Shown: positions 1-14,149, counted from the stretch's first letter. The stretch is 64,000 bases of DNA from Lama glama (GCA_028534125.1 CM052817.1:65040001-65104000); one strand, 5' to 3'. The notes: generated by a model from the letters alone, not told the origin. Made by a program: numbers and translations.

Positions 1-557
1 TCTGTCTCAGTCTGTTCGGATGCCAAATGCTTTATACGACCCCCAACCACCAAAGAGCCTGCTGCCATCTGCCCTCCTCTCCTCTCTCAGCTCCAATTGA
101 AGCAAGGATGGTTTCAGTCTTGCATTAGATGCTGAAAGTAACCATTAGTAATCTTGCCTCACCCTCACCTCTTCTATTTAGTAGGGCTTATATACCTCAC
201 AGAACATTTCTCAAGAAGCTTTGTAGACCATCTCTAGAAGTGTTTGTTCACGCAACCATAGGGAGCAGGATGGTAGCGTGGCACAACTTGAAGGCACTTT
301 AAACACACTGCAGTCTACGTCAGCAGCATCTTCTGGAGTTGTGCAGTACACAGCCTGTCCAGCCAGATGTGGTGGCCCTAGAGGGAAACTGGAAGCTTGG
401 GAATGGTCCCCGAAATTGAATCTGAAGCTTGATCATATGTGACATCCACACTGTTTCATGCCCCTGAAAATGATTTTGGCCACTTTAATCCAGCTTTCTA
501 GTCAGCAGTTGGAAAGTGTTCTGAGTACAGGCAAGCTTAATGCCTTGGAATCTAGCT

Positions 558-835
558 CCTCCCCTCTATCCTAATTATCACCACCCTAGTGCAGGTCTCT
601 ATCATCTTTCCCCTGAATTCCTGTAGCCACCACCCTCTGGTTTCCCTGCCTTCTGTCCCACCTCCCACCGCCGTCCATTTGCTGGTGTCGACAGGGTGAT
701 CCATCTCAGTCACAGATCCACTCATGTCACGCCCCTGCCTGCAAGTCTTTAATTCCTTTCCATCGCCTCCAGGATGAAATCCAGACTCCTTAGCATGGAC
801 ACAGGGCCTTTCATGATTTTGGCTCCTGCTCTGGT
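558..835 (+). mobile_element. L2 fragment
   Basis: CACCACCCTAGTGCAGG...ATGAAATCCAGACTCCTTAGCATGG, typical of the L2 3' region. Confidence 0.7.
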
Positions 836-872
836 CTTCTGCTTCCTTTTTCTAGCCTTTTTTTAAGTTCTG

Positions 873-1007
873 TTTTTTTTTTTTTAAGTTTATTTGGGGG
901 TGGGGGTAATTAGGTTTGTTTATTTTTTTAAAGGTGGTACTGGGGATTGAACCCAGGACCTCATGCATAGTAAGCATGTGCTCTACCATTTGAGCTATAC
1001 CCTCCCC
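873..1007 (-). mobile_element. tRNA-derived SINE (camelid Vic-1-like)
   Basis: Reverse complement reads GGGGAGGGTATAGCTCA...GGTTCAATCCCCAGTACC (A and B boxes), then the AAACCTAATTACC tail and poly-A. Confidence 0.9.
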
Positions 1008-2428
1008 TGGTTCTAGTCTTTTTTAAATTGACGGTTGTTCAGCTATTTAGAAGTTGTGGTTTTGTTGTGATCACGAGAGGAGGCAAGTTCATGGTCCTGC
1101 TACTCCTCCGTCTTGACCGGAAACTGGTCCTCTGCTTCTGCACTGCACTGGCCCTAGTCAGGTCTGGGCCTTTGTGTCTAATATTTGCTCTTGCCAGCTC
1201 AGATGTTGAAGACAAAAGCAGAGACCAAGTACTTAACATTGAAAGGACCTCATCAGCCCACCAAATGTGGAAAAGTAACAGTCTCAAAGAAAGGTCAGGA
1301 AAGAGTCATGGCTGGCCCTCCACATGCTAACTCACAGGGGTTAGATGCTGGTGGCAAGTTCAGACAGCTCGGCAGAGAGTGAGCCCACGCTGGGCCTGCA
1401 TCACTCCACTCCCTCCTGGCCTCTGGGCTGCCGCGCAAATAAGCAGATGGCAGAAGGCCCCATGAGGGGCAGCCTCAAGTTGCCTGGGAAACAAAAGTCA
1501 GAAAATGTAGCAGAAAATGTTGAAGCCCAGGAAGTAGAAAAGCTGACTTCTGGTCATGATACCTTTAGATCTCAGTTTATCATTTTATTATAAAAGGACT
1601 GGCTCTGGCTGAGGTTTTCATATTGTGCTTCACACAACCCTAGAGGTTCCAGAGATTTTTCAAGGGCCACCTTAGGGGAAGAGAAGGGATTTAAAAGGGA
1701 TGAAATCAGCTCCCCCAGAGCAACCACACTCTTGTTAGATGCTCCGTTCTTCTGTGTAAGATTGCATCTGAAGAGAGGGTTTTATGCTGCTTAAAATGCA
1801 CTGGAAAACTCTGAAAGAGATGAACAAACAGCAGACATTCCATGAACTGACCTAGGCTGCATCTTCTCCCAGAGTTAAGGAAGACCGGTGACCAACGCCA
1901 TCAGGCGGAGCTGGGCACTGCTGGCGACCGCTCCCCCAGCCACCTGCCCCCTCTGCTCCCTCCAGCTGGGCTGCTTACCATCCAAGGATCAGTTGAACTT
2001 TGTCCCCAAACCAGTCAATGCCAGTTGTACTTATTATTTGGATTGTATTCTTTTAATTATATACTACATAAGCCAGTGAAATTAGTGAAATGAGAGTCCA
2101 TTTTTTTTCTATGAAAAATAAGGAGAATACCTTGGAAAGACATTGCTATGGAATGATACATGGTCAAGTTAACTTTAGATGGTAAACACCTAGATGGAAT
2201 CTGCACTCAGATTGTTTTACAAGTATCTTGGTGTTCTAATTCCACTTTAAAGAAATCCCAGCCTGGAAATTGTGCACTGTGCATCAGAAAGTTGGGATCG
2301 CCTAGAAGAGGTAAAAACACAGCTCCAAGCAGTGTGTCCACACTCAAATCAACCCTTGGACCTGCATTAGATATTGGAAAATAGACATCTATATTTTAAG
2401 GTAACATATTTAAATATATATTTATTAT

Positions 2429-2656
2429 ATTTTTTAATGGAAATGGTGTTGATTTATAATGTGTTAGTTTCTGGTGTACAGCATAGTGATTCAATTATAC
2501 ATTTATATGTATTCTTTTTCAGATTCTTTCTCATTATACGCAATTGCAAGATACTGAGTAGATTTCCCTGTGCTACACAGTAGGACTTTGTTATCTATTT
2601 TATATATAGTAGTTTTGATCTTCAAACCTCAAACTTCTAATTTATCCTTCCTCCTC
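2429..2656 (-). mobile_element. 5'-truncated L1 3' end
   Basis: TTGATTTATAATGTGTTAGTTTCTGGTGTACAGCATAGTGATTCA, the artiodactyl L1 3' terminus. Confidence 0.88.
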
Positions 2657-4489
2657 AAAAATATATATACTTTTCATTCCCCATTTTGATTTTTTTCAAT
2701 TAGCTGCTAGTCCAACTATCTATATGTGTATGTATGTGTGTCTATCTAGAGACAGACCAGAAAATCTTTCTGCGAGAACAAACACACAAACACAAAAACA
2801 AACCCAGAGCAACGGCCCAGGATCTGAAGTTCTGTTGGCATTTTTTTTTTCCCAAACAGAGAAGACACTTCTATTGAAGTGGACCCCGCCTGGCCTTGCA
2901 TTTGTGCAGCTGTCAGGCTCCGTGGCCACTAAAACACAGACAACACGGTCGTTTCCAACTACAACAGGTGTCCCTGAGTTCTAGTCTTTCTTAAATTTCA
3001 GCAGAGACTGCACTATGATCATGGAAAAAAAAAAAAGTTGGACGAGAAGAAGAAAGATAGTTGAGGGTGTGGAGTGAATGGTGTGCCCTGGAGAGTCTCT
3101 CTAATTGGTCAGGACATTTGTGGGCCAGAGGGCTCTGCTTGGCAAGCTCAATATTCCTATTACAAAGATTTACTGATTCTGCTTTCAGCTGTGATCAGTC
3201 ACTGAATGACTTCTCTTGCTTGGGTAGTGACAGCGCACTGACCATACAAAGCCATCTTTGCCCAGTGATGGTTGTAACTGTGTACAGCACAATCAGCATT
3301 GCTAGAGGTCAATGGAAATGGACCAACTGGTGAGTATTAACCTAAAAAGAGTAATGCACTAGAGCAAGGAAGATGCCCTACCATTGTTGGTGGAGGTACT
3401 GTCATTCTGAAATCTGAGTGTGGATCCCTGTTGTATAAAGCAGTTTTTTTAAAGATTAATAATTCATTTTATTAGGAGTCTCTATGACCTATAATTAAAG
3501 TATAACCTCTAGTCAACCAATCAAGAGCTTAGTGACTTAAATTATAGTTAAGGCAAGAGTGGCATCTTGGCACCTGTAGAATTCCACCTGGGAAAGCAGC
3601 CTAGGTCTTAGAAACCTCCAAAAAGCAAACATCTACATTGAACCGCTCTCTGAGCTCCTCAGCCCCACTGTCCTGTGATTGCTGTTATCTCAGTCCAGAC
3701 ATATTTTACGCATGTTAAAATACTTTTTCTTTTTATAACACAGTTAAAATCACATTTTAATACTTTTCTGCAACTTGCTTTATGCATCTTATTTTTTAAG
3801 CTATACCATGGTGTAGAGCTCAATGTATTTACCAAAGATTATCTGGCTAGCTAGCTCATGTCACTTAGAGAGGGAATATGGACATAGTGGGAAAAAACCC
3901 ATTAAAACAATTCAGAAGGAAGAAGGATATAACCTTTGAAAGAACTGTTGACAACCTGGGAGACATAAGAACTAGGCTGCGAGGTGGGGGAGGGCTGACA
4001 TCTGAGGGTTAGATCTGTATTTTGAGAGCAGAAACAGGCCTGTTGTGGTGAGTCTTATCATCTTCTGTGAAATTCAGGGCTAGCCTGAGTCTCAGTGAGA
4101 ATTTGCTGATTTCCCAGGGAGCAATGTGGAGAACAGAACTTGAGTAATGTCAGCAAATGTCCTCCAACATTGTCACTATCCCTAACTGATCTCTGCTAGT
4201 TTACAGCACCTCAACTAAGGTACTAATTAAGTAGGAGTCAGAGTTTTGGAAAGCCAGCCTTTCTGGTGGAGTGGGAGTCAAGCCATTATGAGGACATTTT
4301 ATTCCCTCAGCTAATATTTTTCCTTTTATCCAAGACTGTGCTTACTCTGGGGAGAAGCTGAGAGAGTTTAATGGAGTTCTCTAAATTAAAAGAGCCAACT
4401 CGAGCACAGTTCTTAATGGGATGAAGAGCCGTGGTCTACAGCTTCCATCAGTAGGGATGGAGTCATGGAGTTCTACAAGAAGGGCGTTG

Positions 4490-4770
4490 GCTTAGGGTCA
4501 GATCATGTGCTTGTCTTCAAATCAAGGGTCTACTATATACTAGCATGTGACCTAGACATGACTCAATCCTTCAAGCCTCTATTGACTCAAGTGTAAGAAG
4601 AGGTATATTAATCCATCCATTACAGGACTATCAGGAGAAGTAACTAAGATAATGAATGTTCTCCTGGCCAGGTCCCTATGCAAACTGTGTCAGGCACTGT
4701 GCTAGATTTCCAGAGATTGGACACATGCTAAGCACGTGGTAACCAATCATTAAAGACTTGTTGAGTGGAC
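4490..4770 (+). mobile_element. MIR (degenerate)
   Basis: TCAAATC...CTAGCATGTGACCT...AAGCCTC...TGTAA...AAGATAATG core. Confidence 0.55.
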
Positions 4771-5091
4771 ATGATCTCATAAAGCCATAGGGAGACTCAA
4801 AAATAAACAAAACAAACAAACACAGTTGCTGAAAGGGCTTTGGAACTGTGCTATGAGATAGTAGATTAAGTAACTCTTTCCACATAAGCTCCACAGTCCC
4901 TCTTCCCCAGAAACAGAAGAAGAGAGAAGTAGGGAGAAGAAAAATTAGACGTTTCTTGAGACTAAAAAAAGATTCATAGTACTAATGTATGCAGTATGTC
5001 CACTGCAGCATGACTATAATGAAAAATTCTGTTGTAAAGGGTCGCAGTTTAAACCCTGGCCCTGTTCACTTCTAGAATGCAGATACTTAGG

Positions 5092-5318
5092 ACAATGTAT
5101 CTCAGCCTCAGCACTATTGACATTTGGGGACAGATGATGCTTTACTAGGGGTGGGGGTGGGGGCTGTGCCATTCATTTTAGTGTGTTTCACAGCATCCCT
5201 GGCTTCTGCCCACTAAATGCCAGTAGCACCCTCCGCCAAGGTGTGACAACTCAAAATATGTGTAGGCAATGCGAAATATCCCATGGGGAATAAAATTGCT
5301 CCCAGGTGAGAACCACTC
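5092..5318 (-). mobile_element. MER20 (hAT-Charlie) DNA transposon
   Basis: CTCAGCACTATTGACATTTGGG...AGCATCCCTGGC...AATGCCAGTAGCAC...GTGAGAACCACT. Confidence 0.85.
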
Positions 5319-5604
5319 CACTCAGGTCTATTTGACAAAGAGCTTAAGAAAAAATCTATCCCCAAGGAAGAGACTCCGAACCCAGACTTAGCCCACTCTC
5401 AGGACCTGTGTGGGGACACTTCTGTGTGCAGATGCTTCTGCCTCCCAGATTGCACCTCCTGCCCAGCTGCATATTTGTGAACAAAGAAGAAAAGGATGAC
5501 AAAAACTGGAAAGACCTGCTTTCACTGAATTCTCTCATCCTTGCCCACAATAGCTCCCTCTTGCTAATGCTACTGCCCCTTTGATATTCCTCAAACAGAC
5601 TGCA

Positions 5605-5945
5605 TTTTTTAATTGAAGTATAGTTGATTTACAATGCTGTGTTAGTTTCTGGTGCACAGCGTAGTGACAGTCTTACATACATATACTCTTTTTCATTGTA
5701 GGTTATTACAGGCCCCTGTGCTATACAGTAGGACCTTTTTATTTATCTATTTTGTAGATAGCAGTTTGCTAACCCCAGACTCCTAATTTATCCCTCCCTC
5801 CTCCTTTCCCTTTTGGTAACCATAAGGTTGTTTTCTATGTCTGTGAGTCTGTTTCTGGTTTGTAAATACTGTTTGTTTTTTTTTTAAGATTTCACAAAAG
5901 ACAGAAAAAGACAAATATCATATGATAGCACTTACTTGTGGAATC
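5605..5945 (-). mobile_element. L1 3' end with a short 5' inversion
   Basis: Antisense L1 3'UTR at 5605-5896, then a sense-oriented adjoining L1 segment at 5897-5945. Confidence 0.85.
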
Positions 5946-5962
5946 AAACTTACTCTATTAAT

Positions 5963-6420
5963 TGTGTCTTTTATTCTGTACTTTGGATGTTTTGGCATTT
6001 TGGGGCCTGCTCACCCTGGAGGAGCTCCCGTCCCAGGGCGAGGCAAATTCTAGAGATAGCAAAAGGCCTGCCTGTGAGTACACCTTCCATTTGCATATCA
6101 CTAACCACCTCCTTGCACACTCAGGGGCACTATTTCCCTGCTCTAAACACCCCAGGACCGGGTACCAGGTGAGTACCGACAGCCTTTATTCCCCTAAAGC
6201 CTGCGGAAGCTATTCAAACTGGCCAGTTCTACGCCACGTACTCTTCCTTCCCACAGAAACCATGACAAAGGCCCTTGCCCACGTTTCTCCCTCGCTCCCT
6301 CAGCCTCTGACCCTCATCCTTCCTCTTGGTAACTGTGAATATAACAAATGATCTTTTTAATGGTGATCGTCTCCTGACGTGTTGGCCCCTCCATACCTGG
6401 AAAATAACGAAACTGCGTGG
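5963..6420. mobile_element. ERV1-like solo LTR (MER39/MER93-like, uncertain)
   Basis: GGGGCCTGCTCACCCTGGAGGAGCTCCCGTCCCAGGG...AATTCTAGAGATAGCAA motif recalled from MER4-group LTRs. Confidence 0.55.
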
Positions 6421-6689
6421 TGTGCACTCTCAGCCCCAGGGCCTTTCCCCACCCCCTCACCCCGACCGTGGAGCTTTTGCCCTTGTCAGTCCTCTGCCAG
6501 AGGTGACCCTCTTCCTTCAGAACCACTTCCCCAGACCCCGTGAGCTTCTCTGCATGCCAGATCTCAATCAGGAGCTTCCTCAGAGACTGTCCTTGAGCTC
6601 CAGTCTGGGGCCATGGTTCTCACCACACCCTGCTTTTTCCTACCTTTTCTTTAGGGCTCTGTTAACATAGCTTGTGCTTGACTCCCTGG

Positions 6690-6845
6690 GTGATCATCTG
6701 ACTAGGGTTTGCTTTCCTCCGTAAGGTTAGAAACACCAACAGGGAAGCAGCAGCTGTGCCCATTTTTTCTCACTATTGCATTCCCAGTGCGCTGCCTGGT
6801 ACAGGATATGTGTTCACACTTGTGGATCAAATGAATGGATGAATC
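6690..6845 (+). mobile_element. L2 3' end
   Basis: CACTATTGCATTCCCAGTGC...TGCCTGGTACA...AATGAATGGATGAAT tail. Confidence 0.65.
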
Positions 6846-9800
6846 CCCGGGGGACCCCTAGAAATGGCAGGAGGAGCCTTTGAAGAGAGCCTGAAGCCCA
6901 GCAAAGGAAAGTTGGAAGAGAGTCAGAGAAACAAGTATTACTGTTAACATGGCTTCATTTTCCCCAGGCAGCTGGATCATAACAGACAACATAAAGTTGA
7001 CAACATAAAGCACTGAATAAACTGTAGAATGTACACATGATGGAATATTACACAGCCGTTAGAAGTCATCCTTGCCATCTAAATGTCTCATTCCTGTGGC
7101 ATAGTCATAAAAAGGAACATGCTATAGTTATTCAAATTGTATTGCAGATTTATGTCTGTTAACATGTGAAAATGATCCTGATATATTATTCAGTTGAAAA
7201 AAAGCAGGTTTTAGAATGATTCATAGAGGTTGATATTTCTTTGCTTAAAATCAGTATAAAATTATAAATATGTGCTTATGATCTGCCAGAAACGGGGAGA
7301 AACATTTCACCTTTATATGAAGTATCTCATAACAGCCCTAAAAAATACTATTATTAGTGGAGATTTTAAAGATAAGAAAAATAAGGCTTTTAGAGGCAGA
7401 ACACTTGTCTGTGGCTCAGGGATAACTATATAAATAGTGATCTTCTCTGGTTAGTTAGGACTGTTGACTTTCTCTAGTTGCTAAATTTTCAGCTATAAAC
7501 ATGGGTGAATTAAATTTTGCAGTAACACACACTTAAGTTAAAATATATGTAAATGTTTTTAATGACAAAAATATTCTTCATGCAGTGTTAATTGTCAGAT
7601 AAGACAGTAAGATGAATTTTATATAAAAAGTATACTTTCAATTATGTTTTCCAAAAGGCTGAGAGAACATACTGGAAGGAAATGGGTACAAATGTTATAA
7701 ATTATGAGTCCTTTTTTCTCTTTATTTAGGCACTTTCATTTCCCAGATTTCTTACAATGACCTTATATTTGCCTTTATTATTAAGCAATTTGCCAAAGGT
7801 TCCTACAGGAGAGCAGTCAGCAAGGGGATACTTTAATTTCAGACTAAATCCCCCAAAAGTATCTGAGGCAATTTCAGCTCTCTTCCCGCAATTTCAGGTG
7901 TGCAGGAAAGAGATTTAAAATGTTTTCCGATAATAAGATTAATTTTGATTTCAAATCTTCATTTTTCCAACAGTAGAAAATCTCGATTTTAACACATTTC
8001 ACTCTCCTCTCCACCCCAGCCCACCTCTACCTTTGCTCCGGTCTGCACCCCCATCCTGGGGATTAACCACCGTGTTTTAGTGCCTCTCAAATATCAGGGA
8101 AGAGTAACACATGTTAGTATTTCAGAAATATTATCCTTCCTCGCATCAGTGGTGCTGAAACACTGAAACAAACAATCTGATCCGAAACCAGACCAACTTG
8201 GATTTCCTGTCCAAGCGATCAACACACTGGCCTTTGCAAGGCCGGACTACCTGTAAAATCCACTCTCCTGCGACTTAAAGGAGGCCCGGCTGTCAAGAGC
8301 GCCCTTTCCTCAGGCTGAGGATTTATTATCAAATGGAGACAGAATCCTCTTTACCTAGAAAGGGTGGTCACGCCAGGTCATCCTGGAGGAACTAAAGGAG
8401 CACATCGGAGCCTAAGCTCGCAGCTGCTTTTGCCTGTTAAGTAGTCTTTCTGCTCTTGAGCAGGCGGCTTTGGCAGTGCCACGTGAGTCACTCTGGAAAG
8501 ACAAACACATCTGATAGTTGGCTTTTACCTTCTGCATTAATTATCCTTTGACTTTACACATACATTTTAAAAAATGTATTTTTGAGTTCATATACATATA
8601 TCTTTTGAGTGTGATATATATGACACTATATGCACACATCACTAGCATTTATGTGATGCTTACTTGACAGGCTGGTCTGTCAGTGTATTTTCAGTGCCTA
8701 CCTAGCCCGTTGCTTGGCTCATACAGGACACTCAGTATCTCTTTGTTGTATCGATGATAGATAAGTGAATGGTAAATGAATTCACCTTTTCATAAAAGAT
8801 GAATATCCACAGATGTTATACACATAGCTGTGACACCATTCGAATGCATTTTATCCATAAAACGACACATAGGGAGTCTTAGGGAGAAGAACGTAACCAG
8901 CTCCTTTTCCCAGAGCCCCAGCGTTGGAGCAGAGTTATCTGGCTGCAGGGACCCATCTGGAGTAGAAAATACTCAGAGATGTGCCATGCTGAGTGTGGGC
9001 GGCAGGGAGTTCCTTGCTTCGTCCTTAGGTGTTCCAGGTTCAGGCCAGAGTGGCACTTCTGAGTGGAGGCACACCAGGGGACCCAAGGAGAGCCTCCAGC
9101 TTGGCTTCACTCACGACTCAGGAAAGCTTCAGGCAGAACAGCATCCCTGGGTACCCAGGACCAGCCAGGGATGCACTGGTGGTGGCTCCTCATAGTGGCT
9201 GTCGACTGTTAGCCTATAGTCTTCCGAACCTGGGATTGGAGTCAGCCAAGAATCCAACTGCAGATACAGATCTCATCATGAGTTTGGGAATTTGGAACTT
9301 GGTGCGTGTGGACACCCTCTGTTTCCATTATCATTGTCACGATCATTAACTTTGCAATTACATTGATTTGAACACCTACACCCCAGGCACTATGCCAAGT
9401 ACTTATTTCTAATCATTGCAACCTCTCTGGAAGGTTTTATTATCTCCATGTTACAAAGGAGAAAATGAGCCCCAGGTCCTATCTGACCTTCAGCAGATCG
9501 CACGCCTTTGTCTTCAGTTATAATCAGTTTGGTTCATACCGTAATGTTCCCTGAGAAGAAAATCCAAATGCTAAACCAAGGTAGGTCATATTTCTGGTAG
9601 AACAAAGGATTATTGTGATTGTATTGCCAAGAAGCTATTATCTGTTGAAGCAGAAATAAGAGGGCTGCTTGTGTAATTTACCACTAGAAGGCATCCCTTA
9701 ACCAATTGCATGCTGCAAATTTCCTTTGATTATTACAGGGCTGCACACAAGCTCAGGGTGGCCCTTTGACATGAATACTCATCACAGCAACAGTGAAAGA

Positions 9801-12800
9801 CACAGAACCATTGTGACTGGCCAACTGGCTCTGTTGACTCATCAGAATACAGGTCCTCTAATCCATCTTAAGAAGACAATGTAGCAACACAAAATATTCT
9901 TTGAGTAGAACAATTGCAAAAACGTAAGCAGCCATAGAAATAGATTTTTTAATAGAAAATAAGTCTGAGACGTATAGAGTATGGGTGAATGAAAGCCTTG
10001 CATGCTTGATGAGGTACAGTGTCTAAGTGATGCCAACACTGTGCCGCAGAGCCAATTTATTCTAAAATGATGTCTTACTTTTCCTGAGTCATTCAGGGGG
10101 TGGTGGGGGTGGTACAGGATTCTAGAAAATGATGAGTCAGTTTCCTCAGGGGTGAGTTACCCGGCAGAACCTGGGGCAGTGAGTGGAGCTGTTTACATGA
10201 GTCTGGTCCTCATTAAGTGCCTCTCTTCTGCAGATGAGCTAAAATTTAAAGGCCTTTTTCAGAGAGGAAATAGGGAAGTTAGTGGGAGACCCAGATAAGA
10301 ATGAATACTTTCCAAAAGAAAAGACAGAGACACTGCTTGTCATAGTTAGAAGTATCTAGTAAAGATGTGAAATGGAGAGAGATGGGATCAGTCATTAAAG
10401 GCAGATAAATAATATTATCCGACCCTGATGCAAACTGGAGTAGTAGATAAGGAAAATGAGCTTATTTTGAGGTTGAAATGAACCTTTGCATCTCAATATC
10501 TAGTGAATACGTGTCAAGTAAATCTACAGGTTGGAGAGAAGTGGATGAGGGCTTAAGGCGGAACTAGGGTCCCAATGTCACAGAGCCCTCCACAAACAAA
10601 GTTAACGAAGTGGAGATGGCTCAGGACAGAAAGCCTGAAGACACACAGACACACTGGGCAACATCTTCCTCCCCAGAAGCCAGTGAAGGGCAGACCTGAG
10701 GACGTAGTGATTAAGTGACCTGGGACCCAGACCTGGAGGTGCTATTTGGAATCACCTTTGGGTGAGACTGTCACTGTATTTTTAATGGTGCTCATCCAAA
10801 TTTACTTAATTTCCTGTGGTAAACAGACAGAATGGGAGCAAAGACAGAAAGCCAGAGTGGAGCATTTAGTGAAGACACACATGAGTAGGATTAGTCAGAT
10901 TAAGGGAAGAAGTCTCTGCTTTCTGTGTCTGCCAATTCTATGCTAGAGTCAAGGACGAACCTTGCCTCAGATGAACTAAAAGAAGTGATTTCCCTGACTC
11001 GGTGACGGCGAGGGTGGGGCGAGGGAGTGACATGTGCTGAGGATGCCATGTGCATAGGACAGTGGCTGTCCTAGCTAGGAGACTGGAGAGAGGGGGTGAC
11101 GTAGCAATGGGAAAGGTGGCGTACAGGAGGGAAAGAATCAGGACAGCTCGAGGATGTGTACCCTCATCCAATCTGAAATTTTCCCTTCGATATGTTGATG
11201 TATTTGATCTGGTCATTCAACAGCTGGTGGGAAGTTTAAAGCTCTCAGAGGTTATCAGAGGTTCCTTTGACCATCACTCACCAACGATGAAAAGGGAATT
11301 TAAGCAACAGCTTTGTGAACACAGCAGAGGCCCACAATAATACTCTTCTTAACCCCACAGCAAGACTCAGAAAAGATGTGTGGGTTTCATGTATGACAGA
11401 AATCTTGAACAGGACAATGTCTCACCCAGAAAGGTGAAGGGTGCGGAACAGGAAAGGCAAGGCCCTTTTCACTGCCCCAGGCCTCCGAGGGCCTCTTTCC
11501 TGGGACAGCTTTCTAAACCCAATCTCTGGATTTTGACTTTACAAAATGAAATCCTCTGCCCTCAACTCCCAGTCATTCCCTCCCCCTTTGTCACTTCCTG
11601 CGCCCGTACGCCTCTCCACAGTTCCCCCAGGCACATGCTCCTTAACTGCCCCATGCTCCTCAGCATCGGAGCCGCCTCGGTTCTCACCGCTCAAGGCCTC
11701 AGCCTGGCCTTTGTTCCTCCACGTGCTTGGTCTGGGTCTGTCTTGAGTAAACGCACAACACGGATCGCTTTCAGAAATGAGTGGCTGATGACTGTTCTCC
11801 ACACGTACGGCACCGTGACAGTCGAGGAGGGGATGAGCACCCCACACTGGATGACCTTGTTTCTGGTCACAGAGGACCTCTAGGCTGCTTAAATTACTTT
11901 CCTTAAGGTTTGAGTAGATCTGGGGACAAGTGAATCACATCCAAGAAATAGGAATTTGTATACCAGATTGCTAGTTACCATCTCATTGTGAGAAATACGA
12001 CTGGTAAGAAGATGAAACCAGTTGACTTGCAAGTAGTATCTCCCATTATAAAAAAAACGCCCACCTGGAAAAATGAGCAGTCATTCATTCAATATGTAGA
12101 TCCAAAAATTAAGAGAACCGGATGGCTTTTAAGGGATACTCTGAGATTCAGACAGAACCCAGTGAATCTCCTTTGTCTCTAGAACCCATCGCTCTGGTAA
12201 TCTGGACTAGGGCAGGTGCTGGACTAGTTCTTCTTGTCTCCACAGACAATGAAGATTAGATCCTGAAACTGCTGCTTTTGAGCCTAGTAATCTTTTAATA
12301 TTGAAATTATGTTTCCCTGAGCATTCATCTACTGATGAATCTTTAGTAAAGTAATTTGGGGGATTTAGACATAACAGTTTTGCTTTGAAAATCAAGCTAT
12401 CCATACAAGATAAAAAAATCCTACAGTATCTGAAAGGTACAAGGTGTTCAGTAAATATGAGAAATAAATGATGAAAGAATGAATACAAGCAATTCAAAAT
12501 TAATCAAACATCTTTGAAGAACTTCATTAAAAATGAATTCAAGAGCAGCCATTCTTTGTTTCAAATTCTTTTGAGAAGAAAACAGTGTACAGAACCATAC
12601 ATGAATAGTAATTTATAAATCATTTATTGGAATGCTTCATATGCAAGGGACCATTCAGTACGAGGGGAGAATACCACGCTGTTCCCTTAGACTCTAATTT
12701 GCAAGACTTTCTGTTCAGGGAAGCCAAGTAGTAACACGGCAGAAATAAAAATCCACCAAATCAAAGCTTCTCTTTCTTTCAGTTATAAAGGGAAAAAGAG

Positions 12801-13340
12801 CTCTTGGGAACAAGAAAAGCAGGAGATGACATAGGGTGCCCTGCTAGGCATGCTTCACATGTTCAAATATAAATCCTGTATCTTTTCAGTAAGGATCAAG
12901 TATCACTTTCAGACATGACTCTTGTTAATATTATTGCTATTGGCCAGCTTTATAAATGTACACTTTAAGTGAAGCCATAACCACAGACCCTTTGGAATGA
13001 AACAATCCTTTATACACAAGTTGTATCATGTGATGATGTTACCGTGAGTACAGCTAATTGGCCAAGGGCAGGCCTTTGAGCCAAAGGCTGTCACCTATAG
13101 TCTGGCCAGCAGTTTATGAGTTGGCTGGAACCATAACGCTGCATAATAAGGATGCTCCCTGGGCATTTAGTGAACATGGCAGTCAGATGCTCTCTCACTC
13201 AGAGAGTTTATCTCAAAGAGAGATGGAAAAGAAGGGAAACTGAAGATGCAAAAATAAGGCAGGAAACAGAAACCCGAGACTGCAAGGTGATAGAGGTCGT
13301 TTTCAGGGGCAGCAAGGAGGTAAGAGCAGCAGAGGCAGAG

Positions 13341-13946
13341 TGACCAGATGGTGGAGCCTGGACACAGCCAAAGACGTGTCCGGTTGATGGAGTGTGGACG
13401 TAACCAAGGGCCAACCAAATGAGAACAAGCAAAGGTGATTTATTCCGAGCTTGCTATAGCAAGGGAGTCTGCCACTGTCACCTGCATTTTAACAGAGACT
13501 CAAAGGCAGGCAGAGGAGTGGGAAAGCATTATAGTGGAAAAGAGGGAAGGCTTCAGGTGTGCCCTGATCAGAGGCTGTTGGCGTGGGGAAGCTGTAGGCA
13601 GGCTGACTAGAAGTGGGACATCCTGTGTGATTAGGGACACCTATTTGGCTTTTTCTAATTAGTTCCAAGTTGGAAATAGGGGCAAAAGTTAGGGAAGCTG
13701 CCAGTTATTAATGAAGTCCTGGCCATGCTGGGCTGATTGTCACAGAAGTTACTGCTTGGCTTCCTAGACTGTCACTAGAGACAGCAGTCAGGCTTCCCAT
13801 GAGTGTGCCTTACAGCAGGTGGGCTTCCTGGGTTGTTTATTGCAGACAACAGGTTGGTTTCCTGGGCAAGTTGCTGTAGGTTGCGGGCCAAAGTTCTATT
13901 TTTATATATGGTCTGACCATTGTCCATCTGTATATTCAGTCTCTCA
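13341..13946 (-). mobile_element. ERV solo LTR (about 600 bp, family uncertain)
   Basis: TG at 13341 and CA at 13946. Minus-strand AATAAA (TTTATT at about 13439). Imperfect AGAG/GGAG flanks. Confidence 0.7.
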
Positions 13947-14049
13947 GGAGTCTTTAGCAGTTGTGTCTGAACTGGTAACCCAGTTCTCTGTAGGACCTGA
14001 CTCTGTGGTCATTGAGACAGTTGTCTATATTTCCTGCTTCTAAAATGGT

Positions 14050-14149
14050 TTCTGTTTCCAAAACTGGAACTGTCTCAGGTACAACACAAAATCTCTCATA
14101 TTCTGGGAAAGCCCTCAGTTCCAGGCAAACCAGGGTGGTCCGTCACCCT
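14050..14149 (-). mobile_element. MER94-like hAT fragment
   Basis: CCCTCAGTTCCAGGCAAACCAGGGTGGTCCGTCACCCT terminal motif. Confidence 0.55.

Noticed and set aside
3190..3335. Open AG...GTGAGT exon-like unit
   Set aside because: No recognisable protein and no partner exons; cannot be supported without transcript data.
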